A stretch of DNA of 64,000 bases from IMG/VR virus record IMGVR_UViG_3300018424_000006, positions 62,001-126,000 of that record. One strand, written 5' to 3'. Position numbers and translations under genes: made by a program. Within the stretch, counting starts at the first letter, position 1. Each line of letters starts with the position of its first letter. Below, piece by piece: positions 47,537 to 58,144 of this stretch. The notes under the pieces are model-generated. The model worked only from the letters and a program-made list of their open reading frames with translations. It did not search any database and was not told where the DNA came from.

Positions 47537-48432
47537 TATTCTGCCTCTTCTTCATAGTCCTGAATTTTGGCTTGTAGTTTCGTATGGTGTTTGGTCAAGT
47601 ACTTAATCTGTTTCTCAACCTTTGCGATCTTATCCGCAGGAGCGCCATCGATCTCGTCCTGTAGAGACATAAGTTCTAGCTGAGTACGTTCAGCTTCGAT
47701 CTTAGCGGACTCGTAGCAAGCAGCTTTCCAATCGTTCCACGCCAGACCTACATAATAGGCAGGGTTTAATGATACTGGGAGGAAACCTAACTTAAGTGGA
47801 TCAGTTGCACCTTGACGTAGGCCCATAGACTTTTCAGGGACGTCTGCATTCACAGTAATACCACGAAGCTTCTCAAGCGTCTTAACGATATCCTTGGCTG
47901 GTGTTTGTAGTGCCGAGTAGCACGTTAAGAACGTCTCCAAGTTGCGGCTATCCATTACGAAGGCGTTTGCCATCTTTTGCGGTCCTTTAATCTCTTTACC
48001 AGCCAAGAGTCGTTCTCCGCCAACTATGGCTTGAACATAACTCCGCATATAGCGGTTAACGAAAGCGACTGCATTTGTATAATGAAGAATATTCAACTTC
48101 TGATAATCAAGTGCTTCTTTTAGCACGTAATTATTGAACGTCTTGTCAATGGCTTCGACAATTCGATCTTCGTCATTGATCATCTTCTTGGCTAACTCAA
48201 GCATTGCTTCATTAGCAGAAATACCTTTAAAACCTTTAGAGATTAAGCGCTTGCTTAGTTCTTTAAAGGCAGGGTTAGCTCCACCAGTTTCTGGCAGAAG
48301 GTGGGACAAGGCACGAATAGTACCGTCACGCATTTCTTTGATAGTACCTTTGTACTCATCAACAATACGTTTCTTCTCGAAAGAAGGAGTAAGCTTACGG
48401 AAGAAGCTCATGATGTTTTTAATCATTTCCAC
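47536..48432 (-). CDS. Head/inner-body protein (gp90-like)
   Basis: L.PSFEK N-terminus, DPLKLGF....NP.Y.VG and C-terminal coiled coil. Confidence 0.7.
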   Translation of the reverse strand: MEMIKNIMSFFRKLTPSFEKKRIVDEYKGTIKEMRDGTIRALSHLLPETGGANPAFKELSKRLISKGFKGISANEAMLELAKKMINDEDRIVEAIDKTFNNYVLKEALDYQKLNILHYTNAVAFVNRYMRSYVQAIVGGERLLAGKEIKGPQKMANAFVMDSRNLETFLTCYSALQTPAKDIVKTLEKLRGITVNADVPEKSMGLRQGATDPLKLGFLPVSLNPAYYVGLAWNDWKAACYESAKIEAERTQLELMSLQDEIDGAPADKIAKVEKQIKYLTKHHTKLQAKIQDYEEEAE

Positions 48433-48474
48433 AACACAATTCCTTATATTGGTTTTATAAAGAGAACCGACCTA

Positions 48475-49518
48475 TTAAAGGCCGGGACTATTACCTAAAC
48501 GGTATGCTTTTAGTACATCGTTGATATCAACACCATTTGCATTAGTGCTGTTCTTTTCGATGTCGTCAAAGGTGTAGATTGCTCCATCTTCAATACCGCG
48601 TTGGTATAGAGTGAAGGTTTCCATGTTTGGATCTACAACCGCTAGAATCATGCTGTTAGTTTCTTCGAAGAATTTACGAACATCACGACCACGAGAGAAT
48701 TTACCACGCATAGCAACTTCAAGTTGTTTGGCAGTATTCTTGGTAATAACTGTAATTGCAGAAGCAATATTGTTAGAGCCTTTACCGCTTAAAACAGTGG
48801 CTAGGAAACCACGTCGCTTAGAGCGTTTAGCCCTTTTATGTATGCCATTCTTATCGTTTAGAAGTACTTTCTTATCGTTTTCGATAAGGTCTAGGCAAAG
48901 AGCATAGTCTGCAAAAGACAGCTCGCCTGAGCGCCAGCGGCGGAAACGTCCGGCCACAGAGTTATCTTTAGAGCCAGCAGATAAGAAAGTCAACATTGAT
49001 TTCTGATCAAGACGTTGTGGCAGTAAACGAACAGTGGTCATTACATTCATCTTAGTCTCGCCTACTTGGATAGGTACATTCAGTACTTTACCGACAGCTA
49101 GGTTAGATGGACCAGTAACGTCTTTGTTTTCCAAACCTGCAACAGTAGCAGATAAAGAATGTAAAGACTCGATACCAAATGCTTTACTGGAACGTTCTAA
49201 AATGTTGTCCTGTCCAGCGTTGATATACGGATCACGATCAGTAGCAAAACGATCAATGATATTAACAGCCTTAACATTACCAACCTGCGCGATTAAAGAA
49301 ACCGCTTGTAAGTAATGGGCAGAATAAATAGATAGAAGGGTTTGCATTACTGCGCTCTGGGTATCCTGAGGGATAGCCGAGAATCCTTCATCAATAAAAG
49401 CTAAAGGCTCTACACGAGTTCCCTTAGTAAATTCAGTTAAGGAGGTGCTCTTTAACTCGTGAGTTAATGAAGCTACATTCCCTACTGTTTGCAATAGAGT
49501 AGCTGTTTCGTTTGACAT
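48475..49518 (-). CDS. Head/inner-body protein (gp89-like)
   Basis: SLTEFTK.TRVEP, YLQAVSL, NLAVGKVLNV and DI.DVLKAY..G..P motifs; start moved to MSNETAT. Confidence 0.75.
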   Translation of the reverse strand: MSNETATLLQTVGNVASLTHELKSTSLTEFTKGTRVEPLAFIDEGFSAIPQDTQSAVMQTLLSIYSAHYLQAVSLIAQVGNVKAVNIIDRFATDRDPYINAGQDNILERSSKAFGIESLHSLSATVAGLENKDVTGPSNLAVGKVLNVPIQVGETKMNVMTTVRLLPQRLDQKSMLTFLSAGSKDNSVAGRFRRWRSGELSFADYALCLDLIENDKKVLLNDKNGIHKRAKRSKRRGFLATVLSGKGSNNIASAITVITKNTAKQLEVAMRGKFSRGRDVRKFFEETNSMILAVVDPNMETFTLYQRGIEDGAIYTFDDIEKNSTNANGVDINDVLKAYRLGNSPGL

Positions 49519-49545
49519 TTTTATTTCCCTTAAGGTAAAAACAAG

Positions 49546-50601
49546 ATGACTATCATCCAAGAACCCGATAGCAAGAATAACACTACCCTTGTTAACGAAG
49601 CCTCTAGACAGTCTGGTCGAGGGGCGCGCAATGCCTCAACCTATAATATTTTACACGGCATTAATCATAGATTCTCCGGAGTAAGTCCGGCTCCTGCAAA
49701 TCAGGATTCTGTTGGATTCACCTTCTTTACGAAGCCGGTATTGAATCTAGCATACAATAACATAAGTGGCATACGAAAACTGGAGTTTTTAGGTGATAAT
49801 GACCCTAAGTCAATGGGTTGTGCAATCAAATCTATGCTTAGTCCATATGTTGTTCGTAACGTACCTTATTGGGACTCTACTGATAATATCCGTTCTGCGA
49901 TTGTAGACGACCACTACCCGTTCATTCCACTTCTTTCTAATACTCTTTTAAACATTTCCGGCTGGCCAGATATGAGTCCTGAGACTTATACAACCGATGA
50001 AGGTATTGCAAAGGAATCTACAAGCTGGATCGATGGTCGTGGTGATATTTATAATACCTTTGACCTTACGGCTAACTTTAGAAACCTAGATGGTGATCCT
50101 GTCACTGCCCTTATGGATGCTTGGGTTTACTATTCCAGTAAAGTAGCCGAAGGCGCTATCGTTCCTTATGCCGAAATGATGGTTGAAAACGAGATCGATT
50201 ACATGACTCGTATCTATCGCTTAGTCATGAATAAAGAGCAGACGCATGTCACTAAGATAGCGTGTACAGGAGCAGCGTTTCCTTTTGCCGTTCCGAACGG
50301 AGCATCTTTTAACTTCGAGACTACGGCGGTAGTTAGTAAAGAGAATGAACAGATCTCTATTCCATTCAGATGTATTGGGGCTATCTACAATGACCCGATC
50401 ATCATCAGAGAGTTTAATGATACTGTTGAAATGTTCCAGCCTTTCATGAGAGAAGAAAATCGTGATAAGGAAATGACGAAACTTAAGCGATCTGAATTAC
50501 CTCTATTTAACTTTAAAGGTTATCCTAGAATAGAGAGTGACAATGAACTTACTTGGTGGGTAACGAACGCTACCTACAAATCTATGTTTACGGAAGGATA
50601 A
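49546..50601 (+). CDS. Virion structural protein (gp88-like)
   Basis: G.TFFTKP.LNL.Y.N, FIPLLSN.L...SGWPD, EIDY.TRIYRLV and YNDPI.I.EFN motifs. Confidence 0.75.
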   Translation: MTIIQEPDSKNNTTLVNEASRQSGRGARNASTYNILHGINHRFSGVSPAPANQDSVGFTFFTKPVLNLAYNNISGIRKLEFLGDNDPKSMGCAIKSMLSPYVVRNVPYWDSTDNIRSAIVDDHYPFIPLLSNTLLNISGWPDMSPETYTTDEGIAKESTSWIDGRGDIYNTFDLTANFRNLDGDPVTALMDAWVYYSSKVAEGAIVPYAEMMVENEIDYMTRIYRLVMNKEQTHVTKIACTGAAFPFAVPNGASFNFETTAVVSKENEQISIPFRCIGAIYNDPIIIREFNDTVEMFQPFMREENRDKEMTKLKRSELPLFNFKGYPRIESDNELTWWVTNATYKSMFTEG

Positions 50602-50604
50602 ACT

Positions 50605-53463
50605 ATGTCCACTACTGATGTTTTAAAAAATAAAATGGCGCAGCTTAAAATCTCTCCAGCTAATATCCAGCAAGTAGCTTTGGATATGCTAGAAGAAATA
50701 AGTGATGGTGCCAAGTTAGTAGTTGATCCTACTAACCCATTCGTATTCAGTCTTGAAACGGCCGCTACTGCTTCGGCAGTAAGCATCGATAGAACCGAAG
50801 CCTTATTACGAAAAGCATATCCTCGTATTGCTCAGGACAAGACTGACCTATATAGTCATATGTCAGACGAAGATTACAAAGATCGTTTCTCCACTCCTTC
50901 TGAAAGTGTAACGATGTCTATCTGGCTTGACTTAGAAGAAGTAAAGGCTAAAGCAGTTACTGATATTTCAACCGGGCTACGTAAGTTAGTTATCCCTGAG
51001 AATACAGCATGGATGGTTAAGGACTATCATTTCTATAGTCATTTTCCTGTTATCATTAATGTTCTTCCCAATGATTCTATTCAGATTGTATTTGATCTAG
51101 AGACCACTTCTCCATTAAAGACTCTGGAATCGAACATTATTGATTTCACTACGACTTTATTTGATGGTCGTAAGATGCTTAACGTCAATATACCTGTTAG
51201 CCAGGTTCGTCTATATAACGAAGAGTATTCCATTACTCGCGCTACAGGTTTCAACGTTAATATTCCATTTCATGATCAATTCTATTTCTGCCGTGCTTAC
51301 ATGAGTGACGACGATGAGAATTGGGAAGAGATTGTAACAACGCATTCGTCGCAGGTTTATGATCCAAATGTCCCTACTCTCGTATTAGCAGTAGGGGAAG
51401 GCTTTTTAAATGCCTCTATCCCTGAAATTTATCTTACTAAGAATAGATTCAAAAGTTCTATTCGAATTGAAGTATATACAACCAAAGGTATGGTAAGTGA
51501 AGACTTGTCTGTACTTGGACCTGACGCCTATAGTGCTACGTGGAATAACTTCAATGGACGGTATAGCGAATTCGTTGCTCCGGTTAATACGCTAAGTACT
51601 ATCCTTATCTTTAGTGATAGTGTCTTAGAGGGCGGTACTAACGAAATAAGCTTTGATGAACTTAGAGAGAAGGTCATCTATAACAAGTTTGGTAAAGACG
51701 TCCCTATGCTCTTTATAGAGCTTGAGAAACAGCTTAGCGATCTTGGATATCGATTGACCAGACTTCGAGACCATATCCTTGGAAGAATGTATTTAGCCAG
51801 CCGCTTTCTAGAGCCTGCTACCAACTCTATCTTCTCGGGTATTTCGGCAATGACTGCTTATTTCCAAGTAGACCCTAGTCTGAACGACAACCCTAGTTGG
51901 ATGAGTGATAACGGTAATCGAATTACTCTTCATCCTGAACTACTATATAAACGCGTAGGTTTCGGTACGACAATTGTTCCTGACGCCACTCGTTCAGTGA
52001 TTGTTGGGTTAGATAGCGATGGCATCACCGACGAGCTAAATGAGAATAACTATTTCTATTCTCCGTTTTTCACTATTATTGATGGTGACAGTGTAGCGAC
52101 TAATATCCGTAGCTACTACTTAGACTCTCCATCAGTTAAAGCTCGTTCTTTTGTTGACAATAATTCTAACTTAGGCTATATCGTTAACACGAAGTCTACC
52201 TTAGTGACTCGAGTAAGTAATGGTTTCCAAATCGAAATCATAGCTGAAATTCCAGAAGGACTAACCGGCCTTAATCTTCAGGTTATTCTGAATAGTCGGG
52301 ACACGGGTGAACGTTGGCTATGTGAAGCTATCTCTAGTGAAGTTATTGGCACAGAAGCTAAGTTTGTTTTCTCTATCGAAACTAGTTTTGATATTGATTC
52401 AGATAACCGCATTGAGCTAACTAACCTATCAGAGCTTGCCAGTGGGCCGAATAATATCTTTATGGCTATTGATGCTCCTATTGATATCATCTATTCGGTA
52501 GACAGTACTGTGGTTACTTCAACTACGTTCGATAACAAATTCGTTCGTGACATCTTTACCGAACCTCAGTCGGGCGTTACTTATGAAGCAGGCATATTGA
52601 GCTTTGGTGAACTTCTCGAACACTATTATTCGGAAGTAAAAGCAAATCTTAAGCCCGAAGTATTCGATACCTATTCTGCTGACGTACCTCTTCTACACAC
52701 TAAAGACGTTTATGAGTCCGATGCTAACGGGCCTATATATACTCCTGACGGCAATGGCGGTATTACTATGAATAAACTTCATGCTATTGGAGATCCTGTT
52801 CTAGATGAATTTGATCAACCTATCATGAAGTATCGTGCAGGCGATATTCGTCTGGATAATGATGGTAATCCTGTTGTCCTCAATCCTCGTTCAGTAGTAC
52901 ATGAAGTTAAGATCCCTGTATTGGATGCTCGCTACATCTTTGCTAACACGTCTGACATTAAAGACTATGTAGTAGAGATTCCTAAGGTTATCTCTAAGTA
53001 CCTTAAGGAAGACATTGCTCCAGTCTCAGATACACTCCTAGAGCGTACTGAGTTGCCTTTTGCTCCTGCTAGTACCAATAGCAATGCAGAAGTTCGTATG
53101 TCAAATGGCGCAACTACCTATATGGATACAGCACTTAGCTTTACGATTCAATTCACTATGACTCAGCGTGGTTATCGTGAAGACGATATTCGTAATGAAA
53201 CTCGAACGTCTGCTCTTAAGGCAATTGCTTCTGAACTTACTAAACGAGAGATCTCCATGAGTTCTATCTTAAGTGCAGTTAAGCAAGCAGTATCCGATGA
53301 AGTTATCGGTATTGACATAAGTAACATTCTGCCGGAAGGTGGATATGCTAAGTTAATCAATGACTATGATGCATTCTCTTTGAAATCTAGATTGACCATT
53401 CTAAGTAATGGTAGTTTGGATATCACTGATGATGTTGTAGTTGACTATGCAGTAACGGCATAA
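50605..53463 (+). CDS. Large baseplate/virion structural protein (gp87-like)
   Basis: VDPTNPFVF.LE, LYSHMSD.DY..RF..P, YTTKG and LLERTEL.F.P motifs. Confidence 0.75.
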   Translation: MSTTDVLKNKMAQLKISPANIQQVALDMLEEISDGAKLVVDPTNPFVFSLETAATASAVSIDRTEALLRKAYPRIAQDKTDLYSHMSDEDYKDRFSTPSESVTMSIWLDLEEVKAKAVTDISTGLRKLVIPENTAWMVKDYHFYSHFPVIINVLPNDSIQIVFDLETTSPLKTLESNIIDFTTTLFDGRKMLNVNIPVSQVRLYNEEYSITRATGFNVNIPFHDQFYFCRAYMSDDDENWEEIVTTHSSQVYDPNVPTLVLAVGEGFLNASIPEIYLTKNRFKSSIRIEVYTTKGMVSEDLSVLGPDAYSATWNNFNGRYSEFVAPVNTLSTILIFSDSVLEGGTNEISFDELREKVIYNKFGKDVPMLFIELEKQLSDLGYRLTRLRDHILGRMYLASRFLEPATNSIFSGISAMTAYFQVDPSLNDNPSWMSDNGNRITLHPELLYKRVGFGTTIVPDATRSVIVGLDSDGITDELNENNYFYSPFFTIIDGDSVATNIRSYYLDSPSVKARSFVDNNSNLGYIVNTKSTLVTRVSNGFQIEIIAEIPEGLTGLNLQVILNSRDTGERWLCEAISSEVIGTEAKFVFSIETSFDIDSDNRIELTNLSELASGPNNIFMAIDAPIDIIYSVDSTVVTSTTFDNKFVRDIFTEPQSGVTYEAGILSFGELLEHYYSEVKANLKPEVFDTYSADVPLLHTKDVYESDANGPIYTPDGNGGITMNKLHAIGDPVLDEFDQPIMKYRAGDIRLDNDGNPVVLNPRSVVHEVKIPVLDARYIFANTSDIKDYVVEIPKVISKYLKEDIAPVSDTLLERTELPFAPASTNSNAEVRMSNGATTYMDTALSFTIQFTMTQRGYREDDIRNETRTSALKAIASELTKREISMSSILSAVKQAVSDEVIGIDISNILPEGGYAKLINDYDAFSLKSRLTILSNGSLDITDDVVVDYAVTA

Positions 53464-53508
53464 TTACTATACTCCCAGACTGATGTCTGGGAGTATAGCT
53501 TTTTCTGC
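53456..53508. terminator. Bidirectional terminator between structural genes
   Basis: CTATACTCCCAGAC/GTCTGGGAGTATAG; tails TTTTTCTGC on + and TTATGCCG on -. Confidence 0.8.
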
Positions 53509-53511
53509 TTA

Positions 53512-54390
53512 CTAGAAATCTATCATTTCTAGAACTGGAGCACTATCGTTTTCCACTTCAGACTTGTCGTCTTTAGGGAAAGCGTCTTCGTCCAAAGTAT
53601 CAGGTGTCTGTTCTTCAACTTCGTCTTCTAAAGAACCAGATAGCATTGCGCTAATGAACGCCTTTTTAGTTTCTTCGGTGGTTACCAAACTATCTAGTAA
53701 GTAATCCATTAGGATTTCAAATACTACTTCAGAATGAATAAAGGTACGATTAACAGTTCCTTTTACGCCAGCTAAATAACGAGCTACTTGGTGTAAGATA
53801 GACGAAGAACCAGAAACTAACTTCATTACTTCTTCAATCTCATGGAACTCTAACTTATCCCAGTAGCCGGAATCTGCGTTTTCACGGATAGCTTCTTCAA
53901 ACTTCTCACGTAATTCATATTCAGAATTAGATGGGACGTCAGTAAGATTTACCGTCTTCTCAAATACTTGAATAATTGGATAGTAAAGAGAACGAAACTC
54001 TTCTAACGTCATTCCGTATAAAGACTCTTCTTTTGCATCCTTAATTCGATTATAGATCTTTTCTGCGAACGTCGGGATAAAGAAACCATTTAAGATTTCA
54101 TTTAACATTCGGTTGCGGACTACGGACACTTGACGAGATAGTTCGATTGTAGAATCTAAACTAAATGCAGCCTTACCTTTAATGGATAATAGCTGACGAC
54201 GAGTTTCAAAGCGACTATCTGTAGTCCAACGAGCAGAAAGATTGTTGTCTGACTCACGACCTAATAGACGGAAGTTACTGAAACTTAAATAGATAGCTAG
54301 CATCAAAGAGATACTAGAATAGCCACGGCCCGTTCCATAAGAACGAACAAGAGATGATGCACCAATTGCAGAGTTAATGTTCTTAAACAT
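53512..54390 (-). CDS. Hypothetical/virion protein (gp85 position)
   Basis: 292-aa ORF, RBS AAGGA; acidic tail. Confidence 0.65.
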   Translation of the reverse strand: MFKNINSAIGASSLVRSYGTGRGYSSISLMLAIYLSFSNFRLLGRESDNNLSARWTTDSRFETRRQLLSIKGKAAFSLDSTIELSRQVSVVRNRMLNEILNGFFIPTFAEKIYNRIKDAKEESLYGMTLEEFRSLYYPIIQVFEKTVNLTDVPSNSEYELREKFEEAIRENADSGYWDKLEFHEIEEVMKLVSGSSSILHQVARYLAGVKGTVNRTFIHSEVVFEILMDYLLDSLVTTEETKKAFISAMLSGSLEDEVEEQTPDTLDEDAFPKDDKSEVENDSAPVLEMIDF

Positions 54391-54402
54391 TGTTAAAATT
54401 CC

Positions 54403-55626
54403 TTATGCTTCTAAACGAGCGGCAAGCTCATGTAAACGGTTGTTGCCAACTTTCTCAAGTTGCTTTTGAATCTGTGCAAGCTTTAGTTTCTTGCGGTTCC
54501 ATGGGGCCAGCTTCCAGATCACTCGACCTAGAGGTTCCCACTCCACGCTTTTCTCCCAAACCTTTTCAAGTTCATCGATATCGTCTAGGATACGCCTCAC
54601 TTCTTCTTTAGGTAGACCTTCATTCTTCAATGACTTAGACATCTGCTGACGAATAACGTTAGCGCGAGTTTTATGACTATCGTAAAGATCTTTGCCATCA
54701 TCAAAGATTAGAATTAAAGGAGCAGCCAATAAGTTTGCTGGGAGAAATAGAGTTACTTCTAGCACGTTAACGAACCAGCGTATGCCACGACTACGTTCTG
54801 GGGTATAATCTAGTAGTTTAGCCAGACCTGTACCTAATGCCTTACCATAGCCCATACGGATAGCAAAGTTATCTGCTAGAGCTTCGTAACCACGAGTATC
54901 ATAAATATTCTCGCCTAGAGAACTACGACACTCTTCATATTCGGCTTGAGCCACAAGCACTACGGCAGCTTCTTTACTTTCTACTTTGGCTACTTCTTCT
55001 GGATCTTTAATATTAAACCCAGCCTTACGGTAATCACGCAAGATCTTAACGCGCTCTTCAGAACTATTGATATTCAATACACGTTCTGTAAGGTCAGTAA
55101 GAAGATAGTTCGTTGTAGTATTGCGATACAACAATTCAAAATAACAGAAAATATGTCCTAACTCATGCAGGATAATGGCTGTGGTTTCAGCTAAAGTAAA
55201 TTCGCTATTACTTGTTAAGTGTGAAGTACCTACGCCAACCATACAAGTAATGTCACGGAAATCACCGGTAACGATACCTTTCTTAAGGTCTACTCCACCT
55301 TTAATGAAGTCTTTACGGTTAATCACCTCAATAGACTGACTGCTGTCCTGTAGCCATCCCGGGAAATGATTGATAAGCACATTGTTCTTGGTTAGCTTAG
55401 GAGGATAAACATAAGCATTGCCGCCAAAGGTAAGCTCAAAGTTTACTGAGATGCCTGTGATGGTTTTAATTGCGTCTACGATCCCATTAAGAGAGGAAGC
55501 TTTTATCTCTTTCTTAGAAGCTCGTATGATACGCAGCTCCTTCTCGATAGCGATACCTAACTTCTTATCTTTCTGGAAATCTATGGCTTCTAGACCGGCA
55601 CGTAACATGCCTGTGATCTCACTCAT
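54403..55626 (-). CDS. Virion head protein with zincin motif (gp84-like)
   Basis: N-terminal AGLEAIDFQ; AIILHELGHIF; downstream EALADNFA.RMGYG; C-terminal hydrophobic segment. Confidence 0.7.
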   Translation of the reverse strand: MSEITGMLRAGLEAIDFQKDKKLGIAIEKELRIIRASKKEIKASSLNGIVDAIKTITGISVNFELTFGGNAYVYPPKLTKNNVLINHFPGWLQDSSQSIEVINRKDFIKGGVDLKKGIVTGDFRDITCMVGVGTSHLTSNSEFTLAETTAIILHELGHIFCYFELLYRNTTTNYLLTDLTERVLNINSSEERVKILRDYRKAGFNIKDPEEVAKVESKEAAVVLVAQAEYEECRSSLGENIYDTRGYEALADNFAIRMGYGKALGTGLAKLLDYTPERSRGIRWFVNVLEVTLFLPANLLAAPLILIFDDGKDLYDSHKTRANVIRQQMSKSLKNEGLPKEEVRRILDDIDELEKVWEKSVEWEPLGRVIWKLAPWNRKKLKLAQIQKQLEKVGNNRLHELAARLEA

Positions 55627-55689
55627 TTGTGACTCCGTAAAAATTTAAATAAGTTTCAGATTGTATATGAATTATTGGGAGAAATATTA

Positions 55690-57348
55690 ATGGAAACTCA
55701 ACGCAATTGTATTTGGGTAACCCATCATCGCTCTAAACATACTAAACAAGATGACTTGTTAGTCATTAAAGAACGAGTTAAAGAACCGAACAAAGAAGAA
55801 TACTCTAATGTTCGATACGTAAAGAATTTTAAACGACCATACTGGATAACTAAGAAAGCTCACCAAAGCACCCATGAGCAAAAGAAAGACTGGGAGCATA
55901 TGGGTAACCTAGACCGCTATGAATGCACGCAAGCTGAGCTAGCTACGCACTCTGCTAAAAATCTAGGTATGTATCTGCATAATGGTTTTGCAAAACAATC
56001 TGATGTTAACCGGTCTCCATACGTCTATGGTACAGACGTTACCTCTCCTGTTATCGTTAAGAACAGTTACAGAGATAAATGGCCAGATTATGCCCCTGCT
56101 GCCTCTGTAGCAGTACTCGATTACGAGACAGACGTTATTAACGATCCAGACGATAAGCGAGTGGTATCTGGAGCACTAACCTTTAGAAACAAATGTTACT
56201 TAGCAATCAGCCAGGACTTTGTTGGGACGTTACCAAATCCAGAAGAAAAGATTCGGGCTTGCATAGAAAAGCATCTATCTAAATATATCCATGATCGTGA
56301 TATAGAATTGTTCATTAAGATCGTTCCGGACTCAATGGCGGTTATTCGTTCTTGTATGAAAGCCGCCCATATGACTCAGCCAGACTACGTAGCAATATGG
56401 AACATGGTGTTCGATATTAACGTAATGATTGATGAATGTGAACGCTGCGGCATTGATCCTGCTGATATCTTCTGTGCTCCTGAAATCCCTAAAGAATTTA
56501 GAACCTTTAGATGGGTAGAGCAACCTAAGATCAAGCGTAAAGCTAATGGCGATACGATGAGTAAAGACCCATCGGAACTATGGCACCGCGTAGAAGCTCC
56601 TGCTAGTTTCTATTTCATAGATGCTATGTGTTTCTATCGAATCTCTCGAGTAATGCAAGGTAAGATTAACTCTTATTCTCTTGACGCCATTCTAGATCGT
56701 GAGTTGAAATTAGGTAAACTTCGTTTTGATGGCGCTAACGGTTTAACAGGCTTAGACTGGCACATTAAAATGCAGATGCAGTACAAACCTGAATATCTCG
56801 CATATAACTTATTTGACTGTATCTCAATGGAACTGTTGGATGAGAAGACTCAAGACTTATCTGTTGCCTTGGGTTCGTATGTGGGTATTAGTGAGTTGAA
56901 GTCTGTACCTAGTAACCCTAAGCGATTGGCGGATGCTTGTCACTTCTTCTTATTAGAACGCAATAAGGTTATCTGTAGTACGTCTGACGACATGACTCAA
57001 GAATTAGATAAACATCTACTTAGTCTTCGTAACTGGATCATTACACTAGCCTCTGAGCTTGTGGAAAATACTGGACGAAGTATTGTAGAAGGTATACCTG
57101 ATTCTGAAAGTCGTTTCTCTGGACACTGCGGAGATATCGATATTGCATCGGGTTATCCATCTGCCGGTACCGCTATGAATATATCTGGCGGCACTACTCT
57201 ATTTGAAGTAGTGGGCATTGAAGGTAAGTCTGAAGATACTCAGCGTCGTAATGGCGTAGACTTAAATGCTTGTAAGACTAACTGCGGTCAGTTAGGACGA
57301 GAGTTATTTGATCTACCTAGCTACACAGATGCCCTACAATATTTTTAA
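55690..57348 (+). CDS. Split family-B DNA polymerase, 3'-5' exonuclease-containing subunit (phiKZ gp82-like)
   Basis: ExoI LDYETD, ExoII WNMVFD, ExoIII YNLFD, YSLD.IL; PolB motif-A-like DIDIASGYPS near the C-terminus. Confidence 0.85.
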   Translation: METQRNCIWVTHHRSKHTKQDDLLVIKERVKEPNKEEYSNVRYVKNFKRPYWITKKAHQSTHEQKKDWEHMGNLDRYECTQAELATHSAKNLGMYLHNGFAKQSDVNRSPYVYGTDVTSPVIVKNSYRDKWPDYAPAASVAVLDYETDVINDPDDKRVVSGALTFRNKCYLAISQDFVGTLPNPEEKIRACIEKHLSKYIHDRDIELFIKIVPDSMAVIRSCMKAAHMTQPDYVAIWNMVFDINVMIDECERCGIDPADIFCAPEIPKEFRTFRWVEQPKIKRKANGDTMSKDPSELWHRVEAPASFYFIDAMCFYRISRVMQGKINSYSLDAILDRELKLGKLRFDGANGLTGLDWHIKMQMQYKPEYLAYNLFDCISMELLDEKTQDLSVALGSYVGISELKSVPSNPKRLADACHFFLLERNKVICSTSDDMTQELDKHLLSLRNWIITLASELVENTGRSIVEGIPDSESRFSGHCGDIDIASGYPSAGTAMNISGGTTLFEVVGIEGKSEDTQRRNGVDLNACKTNCGQLGRELFDLPSYTDALQYF

Positions 57349-57349
57349 A

Positions 57350-57404
57350 CAAAAAAAATAAAGATACCCTACTAGCCTGAGCTAGTAGGGTATTCTTTTA
57401 TGCC
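57350..57404. terminator. Bidirectional terminator
   Basis: ATACCCTACTAGC-CTGA-GCTAGTAGGGTAT; near-identical to 6791-6845. Confidence 0.8.
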
Positions 57405-58081
57405 TTTAGTGCAGCATCAAACTCCTTAAGGAACGGATCATCGGAAAATAACTTCTCTCCAATCTTTCGATTGTAAGCAATTATCCTTTCGACATCTCTA
57501 TCTGAAGGATCTCCTTTACGAGCAAGTTCTGCCTCATAGCGTAGATCATAATAAAACTTCTCTCTAGTCATACCGGAGCCACTGGATTCGACATAGTCGT
57601 ATTCAGCATTATAGGCCTCGATTTCATGGGGAGAAGAGAAATATTCTTCTAAGCTAGATTTTAGATTACCTTTGATATCGGCTACTTCCTTAATAGGTTT
57701 GCCTTTCCACAGTAATACCGAATCAGACTCACGGACTAAATCTCCACGCTGCATTTGTTTGATATGAGTAAGTTCATGTACAAACATGCGACGGACAAAG
57801 AAACGGGCACCGAAGGCACCGTACGCAAGAATGATCCTATCTAAAAACGTCATAGATATCTGTATAATGGGTTCGAAAACTCCTACGCTAAAGCTAGCGT
57901 AGCCAGCAACCGCAGACTCTTGTTTAGAAAGAATGCAGCCCACCGAGCGCTCTAGATCTTTAACTTGATCATTAAGCCACTCCAAACCAGTCAAAGCTAC
58001 TAAGACATCTGCTTCAGTAGTATTAATCGGTACCATATCATAAAGATCGTGGTGTAGCGTAATGTTCTTAAGTTCATTCAT
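57398..58081 (-). CDS. Early zincin-like metallopeptidase
   Basis: FVHELTHIKQ plus downstream Y...PHEIEAY; sole gene behind promoter 8. Confidence 0.7.
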   Translation of the reverse strand: MNELKNITLHHDLYDMVPINTTEADVLVALTGLEWLNDQVKDLERSVGCILSKQESAVAGYASFSVGVFEPIIQISMTFLDRIILAYGAFGARFFVRRMFVHELTHIKQMQRGDLVRESDSVLLWKGKPIKEVADIKGNLKSSLEEYFSSPHEIEAYNAEYDYVESSGSGMTREKFYYDLRYEAELARKGDPSDRDVERIIAYNRKIGEKLFSDDPFLKEFDAALKA

Positions 58082-58144
58082 TATATTTGTATTCTCCTAG
58101 TTATAATGAAAAGGCTAAGAGATATATTCTCTTAACTCATATAA

